This document shows, in pieces, positions 37,404-46,191 of a DNA stretch of 64,000 bases (position 1 is the first letter of the stretch; every line of letters starts with the position of its first letter). A program made the position numbers and the translations under genes. Origin of the DNA: a virus (Duplodnaviria > Heunggongvirae > Uroviricota > Caudoviricetes); IMG/VR virus record IMGVR_UViG_2802429331_000003, positions 1-64,000 of that record, one strand, 5' to 3'. The notes under the pieces were generated by a model. It ran no database searches. It had not been told where the DNA came from and saw only the letters and a program-made list of their open reading frames with translations.

Positions 37404-37477
37404 CCAGGGCGACAGGACTTGAACCTGCACGGGGCGGCTTTGGAGACCGCTGCTCTACCGAATTGAGCTACGCCCCA
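37404..37477 (-). tRNA. tRNA-Trp (anticodon CCA), phage-encoded, between HNH and terS.
   Basis: Manual fold of the minus-strand sequence TGGGGCG TA GCTC AATTCGGTA GAGC A GCGGT CTCCAAA GCCGC CCCGT GCAGG TTCAAGT CCTGT CGCCCTG G. U8, G18G19, U33, A37 and T54-T55-C56 all present. Acceptor stem has two G-U pairs. No encoded CCA. Coordinates may be off by 1-2 nt. Confidence 0.65.
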
Positions 37478-37521
37478 CTACCTCTCCCACGGTATGGGGA
37501 CCATGGGAGAGCGCAAGATGA

Positions 37522-37827
37522 TCAGCAGTACCCCGGGTGCTTACGCAGGGAATCCGGATGCCGTGCGGCGAGCCTGGATGCCGCGCGCGCCTCGGCGGAT
37601 TCGCGCGCGGTCTTGACCCGATGGCATGGAGCGCACACCGCTTGGAGGTTGTCGATTTCATCGGAGCCATGCCGGGCGAAGTTCACGATGTGGTCGACTT
37701 CGGTGGCACGGCCGACGCACACAGGGAAGCGGAGCTGACATTGAAATTCGTCGCGCTCCAATACATCCGGCCGATTTCGCCGGTACTCCGCACCTACCTC
37801 GCGGGTGCCCCCGGAACCCCAAGCCAC
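37522..37827 (-). CDS. HNH endonuclease (101 aa) upstream of the terminase genes.
   Basis: CQLRFPVCVGRATEVDHIVNFARHGSDEIDNLQAVCAPCHRVKTARE (Cys4 + H-N-H). Confidence 0.8.
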   Translation of the reverse strand: MAWGSGGTREVGAEYRRNRPDVLERDEFQCQLRFPVCVGRATEVDHIVNFARHGSDEIDNLQAVCAPCHRVKTARESAEARAASRLAARHPDSLRKHPGYC

Positions 37828-37904
37828 AACACCACCGCCTGAATCATCTATTTGGCATTGTCCCAGCGGCTCGCACGGTTTCCAGATGATATGACTCGCC
37901 GTGG

Positions 37905-38426
37905 GTGCGGCCTTTAGGATTTGGTCTCCAAGATCAAGAGCTGAACCGAAAGAAGAATGTGAAGCGCATCCCGGCCATCGTGGGCACCGTCCTCGCCGCT
38001 ACCGCCATCGCCAGCACGACCGCCGGCTGCGGCAGCGACCACACCACCCCCGCCGCAGCGACCACGACCGCGACGACGACCGCGCCGGCCGAGTACACCT
38101 GGAACACCTTCCGGACCGCCTACGACCACTTCCTCACCGCGGACTGCAAAGCCAAGCAAGGCGACGAATTCGCGAGCTGCGCGAACTGGCAGGCCCAGCA
38201 GGTCAACACCATGCTCGCCGACGTCAAGCAGCTGCCCGCCAACAAGACCCGGACCGACGCCGAGCAGGCCATGACCAACTTCCTCGGCATCCACACCAGC
38301 ATGACCAACACCGGGTGCCTCGTCATTGGCGGAATGGACTCGATCGGAGCGTGCAGCATCTCCAGGTTGGGCAGCGACGCCGCCGCGAACGGCCTACAGA
38401 CGTTCATCCGAATGGGCGCGGCCTGA
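37905..38426 (+). CDS. Secreted protein / putative lipoprotein. The start may be the internal VKRIPAIVG.
   Basis: Signal-like IPAIVGTVLAATAIASTTAGC with Cys in lipobox-like context; divergent from the late operon. Confidence 0.5.
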   Translation: MRPLGFGLQDQELNRKKNVKRIPAIVGTVLAATAIASTTAGCGSDHTTPAAATTTATTTAPAEYTWNTFRTAYDHFLTADCKAKQGDEFASCANWQAQQVNTMLADVKQLPANKTRTDAEQAMTNFLGIHTSMTNTGCLVIGGMDSIGACSISRLGSDAAANGLQTFIRMGAA

Positions 38427-39409
38427 CGCCGGAAACCACGGGAATCCGCCGAAGTGAAATCATCTCATAGCGAATCAGATGAAATGATCCCACTTTCCCC
38501 GAATCACATCGAAAGATGCTGAAGCAGCGGGCAATTCACTCCTCAATGAAACCCCACATCAGCGCCACAAGCAAACCGCCGCGGTCGACGCATAGCACCC
38601 GCGGAACATTGCAGGCGCGGGGCATTCGGATGTCGGCACCGAGCGCTCACCCAACCAGCGACGCCACCGATTCGATCGCGGCCGGCCGCGGATACAGAAA
38701 GGCCCCAGCGGATCCACCGAACCGCCAGGGCCTTTCTGCGTCCCAAACACCGAAGGAGAAGCGCCCCGGCTGGTCGTAGCAGCCGCCCGACCGGGGAAGC
38801 GCGCCCGAGCCGAAGCTCCAGCCGCGACACCAACCTTACGAGCCACCCGCAGCGACACCCCCCGGGTTTACACCCCGCCCGCCCGGCTTGATTGATTGGT
38901 TGCACCTATCGCCCCCTGGCCAGTTTCTACGTTCCAGGCAGACCTTGGTGTTTGGAACGCAGTACGGTCTTCACCCCCGAGTCTGACGCTCGGCAGCTTG
39001 AATCAGCCCCGCACCTTCCCATCCGGGAATCGCCTGGGACCGAGCGTTCGGGAGGTTGCGGGCAGAGTAACCCCGTAACTGCAAGGGTTACGGGATGCCT
39101 AACGCGGGTTCGCCCGGTCGGTCGGAACGGTGTGGCCTGGTTAAGCAACGGGCTCGCGGGAATTACTCGGAGCCCCAGGACTGGGAGCTATCCCAGGCGG
39201 TCAGCTGCGGCTACCACGCCGCGCCCGCTCGAGTCTGCCTTTACCGGGTGGACCTGCCTGGATCGAAATAGGTGCAGAGTCCCCGTTTAACGGCTCCGCA
39301 ACGCTGGTGAGGCGTCCCACCCGTTTGGATCCCTACGGGCGCAGAGGGGCGCGCCATAGACCGTGGCGCGCCAACAACCGTACCATGCATTCCATGGAAC
39401 GCGGATAGG

Positions 39410-39991
39410 ATGGAACGCTTGCTGGAGTCGAGCTGGTCAAATGGGAATCGGGCTACACTGTCGGGCGTGCCCTCCAGCCTGGAACTCCGCGAGCAGCTCA
39501 TCGGCGCTATCGCTGATGTCATCGCCGAACGCGGTGAGCAGTACCAGGACATCGCTCTCCAGGTCGGCATCGACAAGGGGGACGTCAGCCGTCTTGCAAA
39601 CCGGCTCATCGAGGATTTCTCCGCAGAGCGACTCGTGAACTACTGCCACCTATTCGGGCTGAAGCTTCGGATGCGCGTTGACGGGCGGAACGACAGATCG
39701 AAGGTGTCGGGGCCGTCGACGCGATTGAGCACAAAGGCAATCCCAGAGACCGACTACACCGAGGCCGGGCGGTTGATCCGCCAGTTGGGCAACACCATCG
39801 CCGACGAGATCGAAACGTCGCCCCTCAAGCAATCTGACTTCGCCATCCAGAAGGGGCTGCCGCGGTCGACGATCTCCACCCTGAAGAATCGGCGCCTGGA
39901 TCGCTTCAAGCTGGACACTCTGATCGACTACGCCCCAAGGTTCGGCCTCCAGGTCGACATCACCGCATCGCCTGCCGCCCGCTCCGCTTGA
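39410..39991 (+). CDS. Transcriptional regulator with two tandem XRE-type HTH modules (193 aa).
   Basis: Two internal repeats, each HTH-like followed by a conserved F/L-x-Y-x4-G-L-x-V motif (ERLVNYCHLFGLKLRMRVD / KLDTLIDYAPRFGLQVDI). Confidence 0.6.
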   Translation: MERLLESSWSNGNRATLSGVPSSLELREQLIGAIADVIAERGEQYQDIALQVGIDKGDVSRLANRLIEDFSAERLVNYCHLFGLKLRMRVDGRNDRSKVSGPSTRLSTKAIPETDYTEAGRLIRQLGNTIADEIETSPLKQSDFAIQKGLPRSTISTLKNRRLDRFKLDTLIDYAPRFGLQVDITASPAARSA

Positions 39992-40381
39992 GCCCCACGC
40001 CAGCGCGAGGATCGACCAGCTATTCTCGAATGCATGTTCGATAAACTCGCGGTCGGCGACAGCGTTGCCTGGTGGGCGGACAGCCACGGTCGCGGTGTCG
40101 AAGCCCACGATCCCAAGGCGGTTCTCCGCTCGGGACGGGTGGTCAGCGTGCACCATCATCCGACCGAACCCAATCGAGTGGTTGCATGCCTGGTGGAATG
40201 CCGCGCCCCGGCCGCAGGCGTCTATATCGCGACAATTCGGCCCGACCAGGGCCATCAACCCACGGTGCTGACCCGTGCGGATGACCATTAGCGGCGACCC
40301 GGCTGCGTAGTCCGGCTCGTTCACAGACCAGATTTCGCGTCGCGCAGGCTTGCCCCGACTCTCCGCGATACGGTCGAGGGT

Positions 40382-40918
40382 GTGAGGCGCACCCAGTGGA
40401 AGATCCATGGCGAAAACCTGGTGGACGAGAACCGGCATATCCGACTGACGACCGTCGATGTTGAGCTTCCCGATGGAGTGCGGTTCACCCAGTACGTCGC
40501 GCGGATGCCGCGCTGCGCAATGACGTTGGTGCTCAATGACAATCGCGAGGCGCTGCTGATGTACCGGCACCGGTTCATCATCGACCAGTGGGTGTGGGAG
40601 TTGCCGGGCGGATATGTCGACGGCGCCGAGGATGTAGCCGCGGCAGCAGCCCGCGAAGTCGAGGAAGAGACAGGCTGGCGCCCGAGGTCGATGGAACACT
40701 TGGTGACCTACCAGCCCTCAATCGGCAGTCTCGACCAGCCCCAGGAGATCTACCTCGCACGCGGTGCCGATCCAACTGGCAGCGAACCGGATATCAATGA
40801 GGCGGAGGAACTCGGCTGGTTCCCCCTCAGCGAGGCCGCGAAGATGATCGAGCGCGGCGAAATTGTCGGCGCCGCTACCGTAGTCGCGGTGTACCGGGCT
40901 CTCACTCTCGACGTTTAG
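40382..40918 (+). CDS. NUDIX hydrolase (178 aa).
   Basis: Nudix box GGYVDGAEDVAAAAAREVEEETGW (G-x5-E-x7-REVxEExG). Confidence 0.75.
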   Translation: MRRTQWKIHGENLVDENRHIRLTTVDVELPDGVRFTQYVARMPRCAMTLVLNDNREALLMYRHRFIIDQWVWELPGGYVDGAEDVAAAAAREVEEETGWRPRSMEHLVTYQPSIGSLDQPQEIYLARGADPTGSEPDINEAEELGWFPLSEAAKMIERGEIVGAATVVAVYRALTLDV

Positions 40919-42320
40919 TCAGCTCAAGGACCTGGTTCCGGAAGTCGTCCACGTCCGGGAGCTGAGTGTACGGACTCAAGCGGGTCCTCAGTTCCCGCAG
41001 GTAGGCATAGCTGCGGCGTGAAGCCAAACCAGTGGCGATGTCGAGTGCTTGCCGTCCGACTCGCACAGCTTCGTGTGGATCGGCCTCTACGCGTGCGGAG
41101 GCCAGCAGGGCGAGGTTGAAGGCTCGACCTCGGAGGTAGCCGTCCGACATATCGAGCGATTGCTCGGCGAAATGCGCTGTGCGGGCATCGTCGCCCAAGT
41201 CGCGGAAGCAGTGAGCGACCTTCGCGGACATGTACGCCCCGTCGAAATAGCTCAGCCAGGCCGGTCGATCAGAGGCCACGTCCTTGGAAAAGGCGCGCTC
41301 TGCGGCATTGATGGATTTGGCGCACATCGAGTCATCCGTCCGGGCGGCATGACCATGCGCCTCGACCATGTGGCATTCGGACTCCAGCGCCGCCAACCCC
41401 GCGCTGCGCGCGGCGATCTGTGCTGCACGGGCCAGGTCGACTGCATCGCCTGGGCGACCGACGTACGTGGCCTGGTGACTCATGGCGGCGAGGATTTCGG
41501 CTCCGAGTCCTGCGTCCCCGGCTGCTCGTGCAAGACGCAGCGCCTGGATTAGGTATCGCTGCGCAAGCCCATGTTCTTCTTGGTCATATGCTGCCCAGCC
41601 GGCCAGCTTCGTTAACTCGGCTGTGGTCGCGAAGAGTTGGCGGCCGATCGGCTCGGCGTAATTTCCGCGCAGAAGCGGGGCTACCGATCCGTGGAGGTAC
41701 TGGACGATTGTCGCCCGTACTCGTCCGCCGCCAGCCTTGTTGTCCAGTTCGCGAAATGCAGCGGTCATCATGCGTATCGAGTCGATGTCGCTCTGACCCA
41801 CTCGACGCACGCCCATGGATACCGGATGTTCCGGGCCAGGCAGCGTCAGCCATCGCATTGATGCCGCGGGGTACACCGCCACCGCGTACGAGGCTCCGAT
41901 CAGGAACCTTCTGCGCTCCACATCACTCCTCCACAGCGCCGTCACCGACGCTGTTGCTTCGACCAAGCTCAGTGAGAATTCCAGTCCCAGGTCCGCTGGT
42001 TCCTGGTCGCCGGCCATTCCACACTCAAGCGGGGTTATCCGGCGTCCGAGCGCTTCGGTCATCACCTCCGCAATCAGCACCGGTCCAGGGGGATAAGGCT
42101 TTTCACCGTCGAGCCACCGCCCGACCGATCGGTAGTCGTAGGCCAGCTCCACTCCAACAGCGGAAGCCCGGTCGACCACCATTCGCGCGAGCGCTCCACG
42201 ACTGATCCCGGACTCACACAGCAAGTCGTTTAGCTCGACGTTGGGTTGCTTGGGTGGGCGTCCCATAGCGGGAGTGTTGCACGGGCTACACGATCGCGCC
42301 ATCTCTAGTTCGTATCCCAC
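40902..42320 (-). CDS. Actinobacterial XRE-HTH + TPR-like regulator (472 aa), paralog 1.
   Basis: N-terminal HTH (LNDLLCESGISRGALARMV) and long alpha-helical repeat C-terminus; paralogous to 42639..43994. Confidence 0.6.
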   Translation of the reverse strand: MGYELEMARSCSPCNTPAMGRPPKQPNVELNDLLCESGISRGALARMVVDRASAVGVELAYDYRSVGRWLDGEKPYPPGPVLIAEVMTEALGRRITPLECGMAGDQEPADLGLEFSLSLVEATASVTALWRSDVERRRFLIGASYAVAVYPAASMRWLTLPGPEHPVSMGVRRVGQSDIDSIRMMTAAFRELDNKAGGGRVRATIVQYLHGSVAPLLRGNYAEPIGRQLFATTAELTKLAGWAAYDQEEHGLAQRYLIQALRLARAAGDAGLGAEILAAMSHQATYVGRPGDAVDLARAAQIAARSAGLAALESECHMVEAHGHAARTDDSMCAKSINAAERAFSKDVASDRPAWLSYFDGAYMSAKVAHCFRDLGDDARTAHFAEQSLDMSDGYLRGRAFNLALLASARVEADPHEAVRVGRQALDIATGLASRRSYAYLRELRTRLSPYTQLPDVDDFRNQVLELTKRRE

Positions 42321-42638
42321 GCCCCCTCCTCACACCCCCACCCCCAACACGCACAACTACCCCCGCCCCACCCGTTACGGCGACGGGCCCGTTGCGCGTC
42401 TCCTATAGCGCATGGACGTGGCGCAGATCCTTCGTGAAGCCATAACGCAGATGTCCCAACGGCTTCAGCAACGCGCTGTCGACTCACAACCGGATTCGGA
42501 GCAGGAAATGACGATGAATGTGACCGGGCCCCCGGGGAAGCGCCGCGTGAGTGACGTTCCGCCGGAAGGCAAGCCAGACAAAGGGGGACCAGGCTCGGGA
42601 CGGATGCAGTGAACGGAAGCCCCGCCCGCCGGAGTCCC

Positions 42639-43994
42639 TTACGCCGCGAGCAGAACCCGCGTCCGCTCGTTGAACTCCGCCACCAGCGGGTGTGCGCCGA
42701 ACGAGTTCATCTTCTGCTGCACATCACGGACGGCCTCAATCGACCTCGAGGACTTGACCTTCCGGGAAAGATCGAGGGTCTGCACGCCGGCGGCGTACGC
42801 GGCCTCAAGGTCGCGCTTCTGGATCTGAGCGACTGCCAATGCAGCGTGCGACAGGGCGCCGCGACGCGCCCGGTTCTGGTTTCGGGCGTAGCTGATCGAC
42901 CTTTGGGCGTGTGGCTCAGCGTGATCCGGCAAACCGAGGTCGCGGAACGCATTGGCCCACTCGCCGCAGATGTACGCCTGGTCGATGAATCGAGCCCATT
43001 CCGGTTCCTGTTCCGGATTTACGGAAGAGAAGGCGCGTTCGGCCTCGTTGACCGCATGGCTGGTGCCGGACTTGTCGCCCAAGGTTGCGAGTGCTCGCGC
43101 TTCCAGCGTCCACAGATCTGCCAGACATGCAGGGGAATTCGCTCGCGCGAGACCTTGCCGACCGGCTTGGGCGAGGCGGCGGCCTTCTTCGGGGTGGCCC
43201 AGCAGCGTTGCCTGGTCCGCCATACCCGCAAGCACATGAGCGCCAAGGGCGGGATCGCGCGATTCCTCGGCGAATCGAAGGGCTTGGATCAGGTACCGCT
43301 GCGCGGTCCCGTGTTCCCCGTTGTCGAATGCCATCCAGCCGAGCAAGTATGTCTGCTCGGCTGCTGCGCCACACAGCGCACGGCGGGTCTCTTCGGTGTG
43401 TGTCCGCCCGAGAAGGGGATACACATGCTCGTTCATGTATGCGGCCAGGACCAGCCGACCGGAGCCGCCGCCCTGGAAGATGTCCATCTCCTGGAAGGTG
43501 CTGAACATGTTCTTCACCGCGGTGACGTCTTCGAGTCGCACTTTCTGACGCTCGTCAGGCAGCTGGTCGAGGGTGTTGAGCAGCCAATCGCGCGAGGGCT
43601 CGACAACAGCCGCCAAGGCGAAGGGTGCGGCAGTGAGGAATTTGCGGCGGTCCACGTCGGCCCTTCCCAGGTCGGTTACTGCTTCGATCGTTCGTGTCAA
43701 CGATGGGCTGTAGGTAAGGGCTCGGTCAACCGCATACGGATCGGCGAAGCCGAGATCGGCCACGGTCACCCGGTAGCCAAACCGGGACGAGAACAAATCC
43801 GCAAGGATCGCCGGCACCGGCGGCCGAGGCTGTTCCCCATCCTCCACCCAACGGCGGACGCTCGAGGTGTCCGGCCGAATCTGCGGCTCACCCCATTCGA
43901 TCGCGAGGGCACGCACCTTGCGCGCGAACTCGCCACGGCTCCAGCCCGAGCGAGCCAGCCAGTCCGAAAGCTTCACATTCGGAGCCTTCATCAC
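42639..43994 (-). CDS. Actinobacterial XRE-HTH + TPR-like regulator (451 aa), paralog 2.
   Basis: N-terminal HTH (LSDWLARSGWSRGEFARKV); same architecture as 40902..42320. Confidence 0.6.
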   Translation of the reverse strand: MMKAPNVKLSDWLARSGWSRGEFARKVRALAIEWGEPQIRPDTSSVRRWVEDGEQPRPPVPAILADLFSSRFGYRVTVADLGFADPYAVDRALTYSPSLTRTIEAVTDLGRADVDRRKFLTAAPFALAAVVEPSRDWLLNTLDQLPDERQKVRLEDVTAVKNMFSTFQEMDIFQGGGSGRLVLAAYMNEHVYPLLGRTHTEETRRALCGAAAEQTYLLGWMAFDNGEHGTAQRYLIQALRFAEESRDPALGAHVLAGMADQATLLGHPEEGRRLAQAGRQGLARANSPACLADLWTLEARALATLGDKSGTSHAVNEAERAFSSVNPEQEPEWARFIDQAYICGEWANAFRDLGLPDHAEPHAQRSISYARNQNRARRGALSHAALAVAQIQKRDLEAAYAAGVQTLDLSRKVKSSRSIEAVRDVQQKMNSFGAHPLVAEFNERTRVLLAA

Positions 43995-44140
43995 ACCACC
44001 TGTTCAGATCTCGCGGCCGGCAGATTCAACACCTCTTCAACACCCCCAAAGAACTTACTCGTCGCAGGTCACACCTTCCACACTCAAATAATCCTGGCTG
44101 GGGGTAGGCAGGCCGCCCAGCCCGCACAAGAGGGGCAACA

Positions 44141-44488
44141 ATGAGGGACACACCAACCGCTGTGGGGTATCTCCGCACCGACATCAGCGGACAACACCAG
44201 CAATGGGATGAAACCCGAATGCGTAACCGCGCAGCGCGTTTGGGCTACAAGCTCGCCAAGACTGTGGCGTTCAGCAACCGCCAGGACCAGCCGATCGAGA
44301 AGCTCGTGGAGACGGTTCGCAAGGTTGGGGCGGAAGCGGTATTCGTCCCCGGGCCACAACATTTCGAAGGTCAGCGGATTCCCGTCGAGATCGTGCAGAT
44401 CGCCGATGTGGTCACCGTCGACCCGGAAGGCACCTACGCGCGCAGGGCAACCGGCGACGTGCCCGACCTGAACGAGACGCAGCGATGA
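44141..44488 (+). CDS. Degenerate serine-recombinase (resolvase) N-domain-like protein lacking the catalytic Ser, paralog 1 (115 aa).
   Basis: AVGYLRTDISGQHQQ...RAARLGYKLAKTV resembles the resolvase opening GYxRVSTxxQ...G.......D but has D-I-S-G where R-V-S-T is expected. 4-nt overlap with the next gene. Confidence 0.4.
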   Translation: MRDTPTAVGYLRTDISGQHQQWDETRMRNRAARLGYKLAKTVAFSNRQDQPIEKLVETVRKVGAEAVFVPGPQHFEGQRIPVEIVQIADVVTVDPEGTYARRATGDVPDLNETQR

Positions 44489-45087
44489 CGGCTACCGGGC
44501 CGAAACCGCGGAGGCCCAAGGCAGTTGGCTACATCCGCGGCGATGTGGCCGGTCACCACCTGGACAGGCATGCCAACGAGATCGCGCTTCTGGCGCGACG
44601 AATGGGCTATCAGCTGATCTACATCGTGCGGCTGTGGCCGCAGTCGGTGCCGGAGCCGCTTCGACACGTACTCGGTATCGCCGCGGGATTGGATGCCGCC
44701 GCGGTGATCGTTCCCGACCTGGAACATGTCGACAACCAGCCGGGCCTTGTCTGCGACCTGTGCGACCTGATCACCGTGTTCCCCGAAGAAACCTGGGCAC
44801 GCGCGCTGCCTCTCCACAGCGACCCGTGCGAAGAGATGACGGTGAAGGACGCTCACCGAACTATGCAGGTACACATCACCTGCCGAGCCATGCATTGCTC
44901 GCGGAAAGCCGCCGCGCTGAAGACGCTCGTCGGTGCAGGGAGGGTCAAGCCGGCGACCCTCAGTCCACGGCAACGAGCGGCGGACCGCGGCCTCAAGTTC
45001 GAAGTCGCCGACACCGAACCCGACCTATCCCCCGGCGCCGACCTACAGACCTTGCTCGACGTCCTCGACGGGCTCCGGCGAGTGTGA
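44485..45087 (+). CDS. Degenerate resolvase N-domain-like protein, paralog 2 (200 aa).
   Basis: AVGYIRGDVAGHHLDRHANEIALLARRMGYQLIYIVR...AVIVPDLEHVDNQ; the catalytic Ser is absent. Confidence 0.4.
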   Translation: MTATGPKPRRPKAVGYIRGDVAGHHLDRHANEIALLARRMGYQLIYIVRLWPQSVPEPLRHVLGIAAGLDAAAVIVPDLEHVDNQPGLVCDLCDLITVFPEETWARALPLHSDPCEEMTVKDAHRTMQVHITCRAMHCSRKAAALKTLVGAGRVKPATLSPRQRAADRGLKFEVADTEPDLSPGADLQTLLDVLDGLRRV

Positions 45088-45111
45088 AATCCAACGAATA
45101 GAGGCAAGAAG

Positions 45112-46191
45112 ATGATCACGCGAACACTGGGAAGCTCCGGGATCGAGGTTTCCGGACTTGGAATCGGCTGCTGGGCGATCGGCGGGCCGGACACCAACTT
45201 GGGCCTGCCGATGGGCTGGGGACCAGTTGACGAGTCGGCTGCCATCGCTGGGCTTGAGCGTGCGTGGGAATCTGGCGTCACCCTTTTCGACACCGCGGAC
45301 GTTTACGGACACGGCCGCTCGGAACGCCTTCTCGGGCAGCTGGTCCCGCTGGTGCAGCGCGAGCGCATCCAGCTGGTGTCGAAAGTCGGCTACTTCGCCG
45401 GAACCGCGGCCCACGGCTACGACCCTGGCCACATGCGCCGCCAACTCGAACAAACCCTGGACAACCTGAACACCGACTGGCTGGACGTGTACTTCTTCCA
45501 CCACAGCGAATTCGGCCCCGATGACGAGCGCTTGGAGCTGGCCATCGAAATGATGAACAACTTCCGCACGGAGGGCCTGATCCGCGCGATCGGGATGCGA
45601 GGGCCGCACCGCTACGCACCCGACAGGCTGTCGACCGGGCCGAAAGCCAACAAAGAAGCCCGATTCCGGGAGCTGTTCGACCGCATCCGACCCCAGGTCC
45701 TCGCAGTTCGTGACAACCTGCTGACACCCCAGACCCGATCAAACAGCATCTTCACTTTCGCTGAGGACCACGGCTGCGGCGTCCTGATCAACAAGCCGCT
45801 ATCGCAGGGCCTGCTGACAGGCGCGTACACCACAGCCGAGCCCCGTACATTCGGGCCGCAGGATCACCGTGCCCGCAAACGCTGGTTCACCGGCGACGCG
45901 GTGCGGGTGATCGAGGCCGGCCTGGACCAGGTGCGCGCGCTCGTCGGCCCCGAGTCGAACGATCTCGTCCGGATAGCTCTCTGGTCCTGCCTGATGCGCT
46001 CGGACAACGCGGCGGTACTCGTCGGTTTCAGCGATCCGCAGCAAGTACAGGCCAATATTGATTGCTTGGGAGAACGGCCCGGCGACGAGATCCTCGAGCA
46101 GGTTCGCGCGATCATGGCCGACGTCCAAAAGCAGCTCGACGCCGACGGCGAGGTATTCGTGGACGAGGTATCAACAGGAGAGCAGCAATGA
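45112..46191 (+). CDS. Aldo/keto reductase family oxidoreductase (359 aa).
   Basis: AKR N-terminus LGSSGIEVSGLGIGCWAIGG and overall TIM-barrel AKR pattern. Confidence 0.75.
   Translation: MITRTLGSSGIEVSGLGIGCWAIGGPDTNLGLPMGWGPVDESAAIAGLERAWESGVTLFDTADVYGHGRSERLLGQLVPLVQRERIQLVSKVGYFAGTAAHGYDPGHMRRQLEQTLDNLNTDWLDVYFFHHSEFGPDDERLELAIEMMNNFRTEGLIRAIGMRGPHRYAPDRLSTGPKANKEARFRELFDRIRPQVLAVRDNLLTPQTRSNSIFTFAEDHGCGVLINKPLSQGLLTGAYTTAEPRTFGPQDHRARKRWFTGDAVRVIEAGLDQVRALVGPESNDLVRIALWSCLMRSDNAAVLVGFSDPQQVQANIDCLGERPGDEILEQVRAIMADVQKQLDADGEVFVDEVSTGEQQ

Noticed and set aside
37404-37477. tRNA as the prophage attachment site (attB/attR).
   Set aside because: It lies inside the phage late region, 36 kb from int, flanked on both sides by phage genes (HNH, terS). 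No repeat of its 3' half was seen near int or elsewhere in the window.
38640-39025. Possible tmRNA (ssrA) on the minus strand: the reverse complement near 39010 begins GGGGCTGATTC (the canonical tmRNA 5' end) and has CCAAGGT a little downstream.
   Set aside because: No tRNA-like 3' end (T-arm GGTTCGAnTCC plus acceptor complement CAGCCCC-ACCA) was found downstream on that strand. No in-frame tag ORF ending ..ALAA-stop was found. The 11-mer match alone is about 3% likely by chance. Retained only as part of the structured-region finding.
38516-39290. Plus-strand ORFs 38516-38779 (87 aa) and 38892-39290 (132 aa) in the non-coding region.
   Set aside because: Ser/Arg/Pro/Thr-rich composition, no RBS or start context, and they overlap dense hairpin structures. 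They are treated as non-coding.
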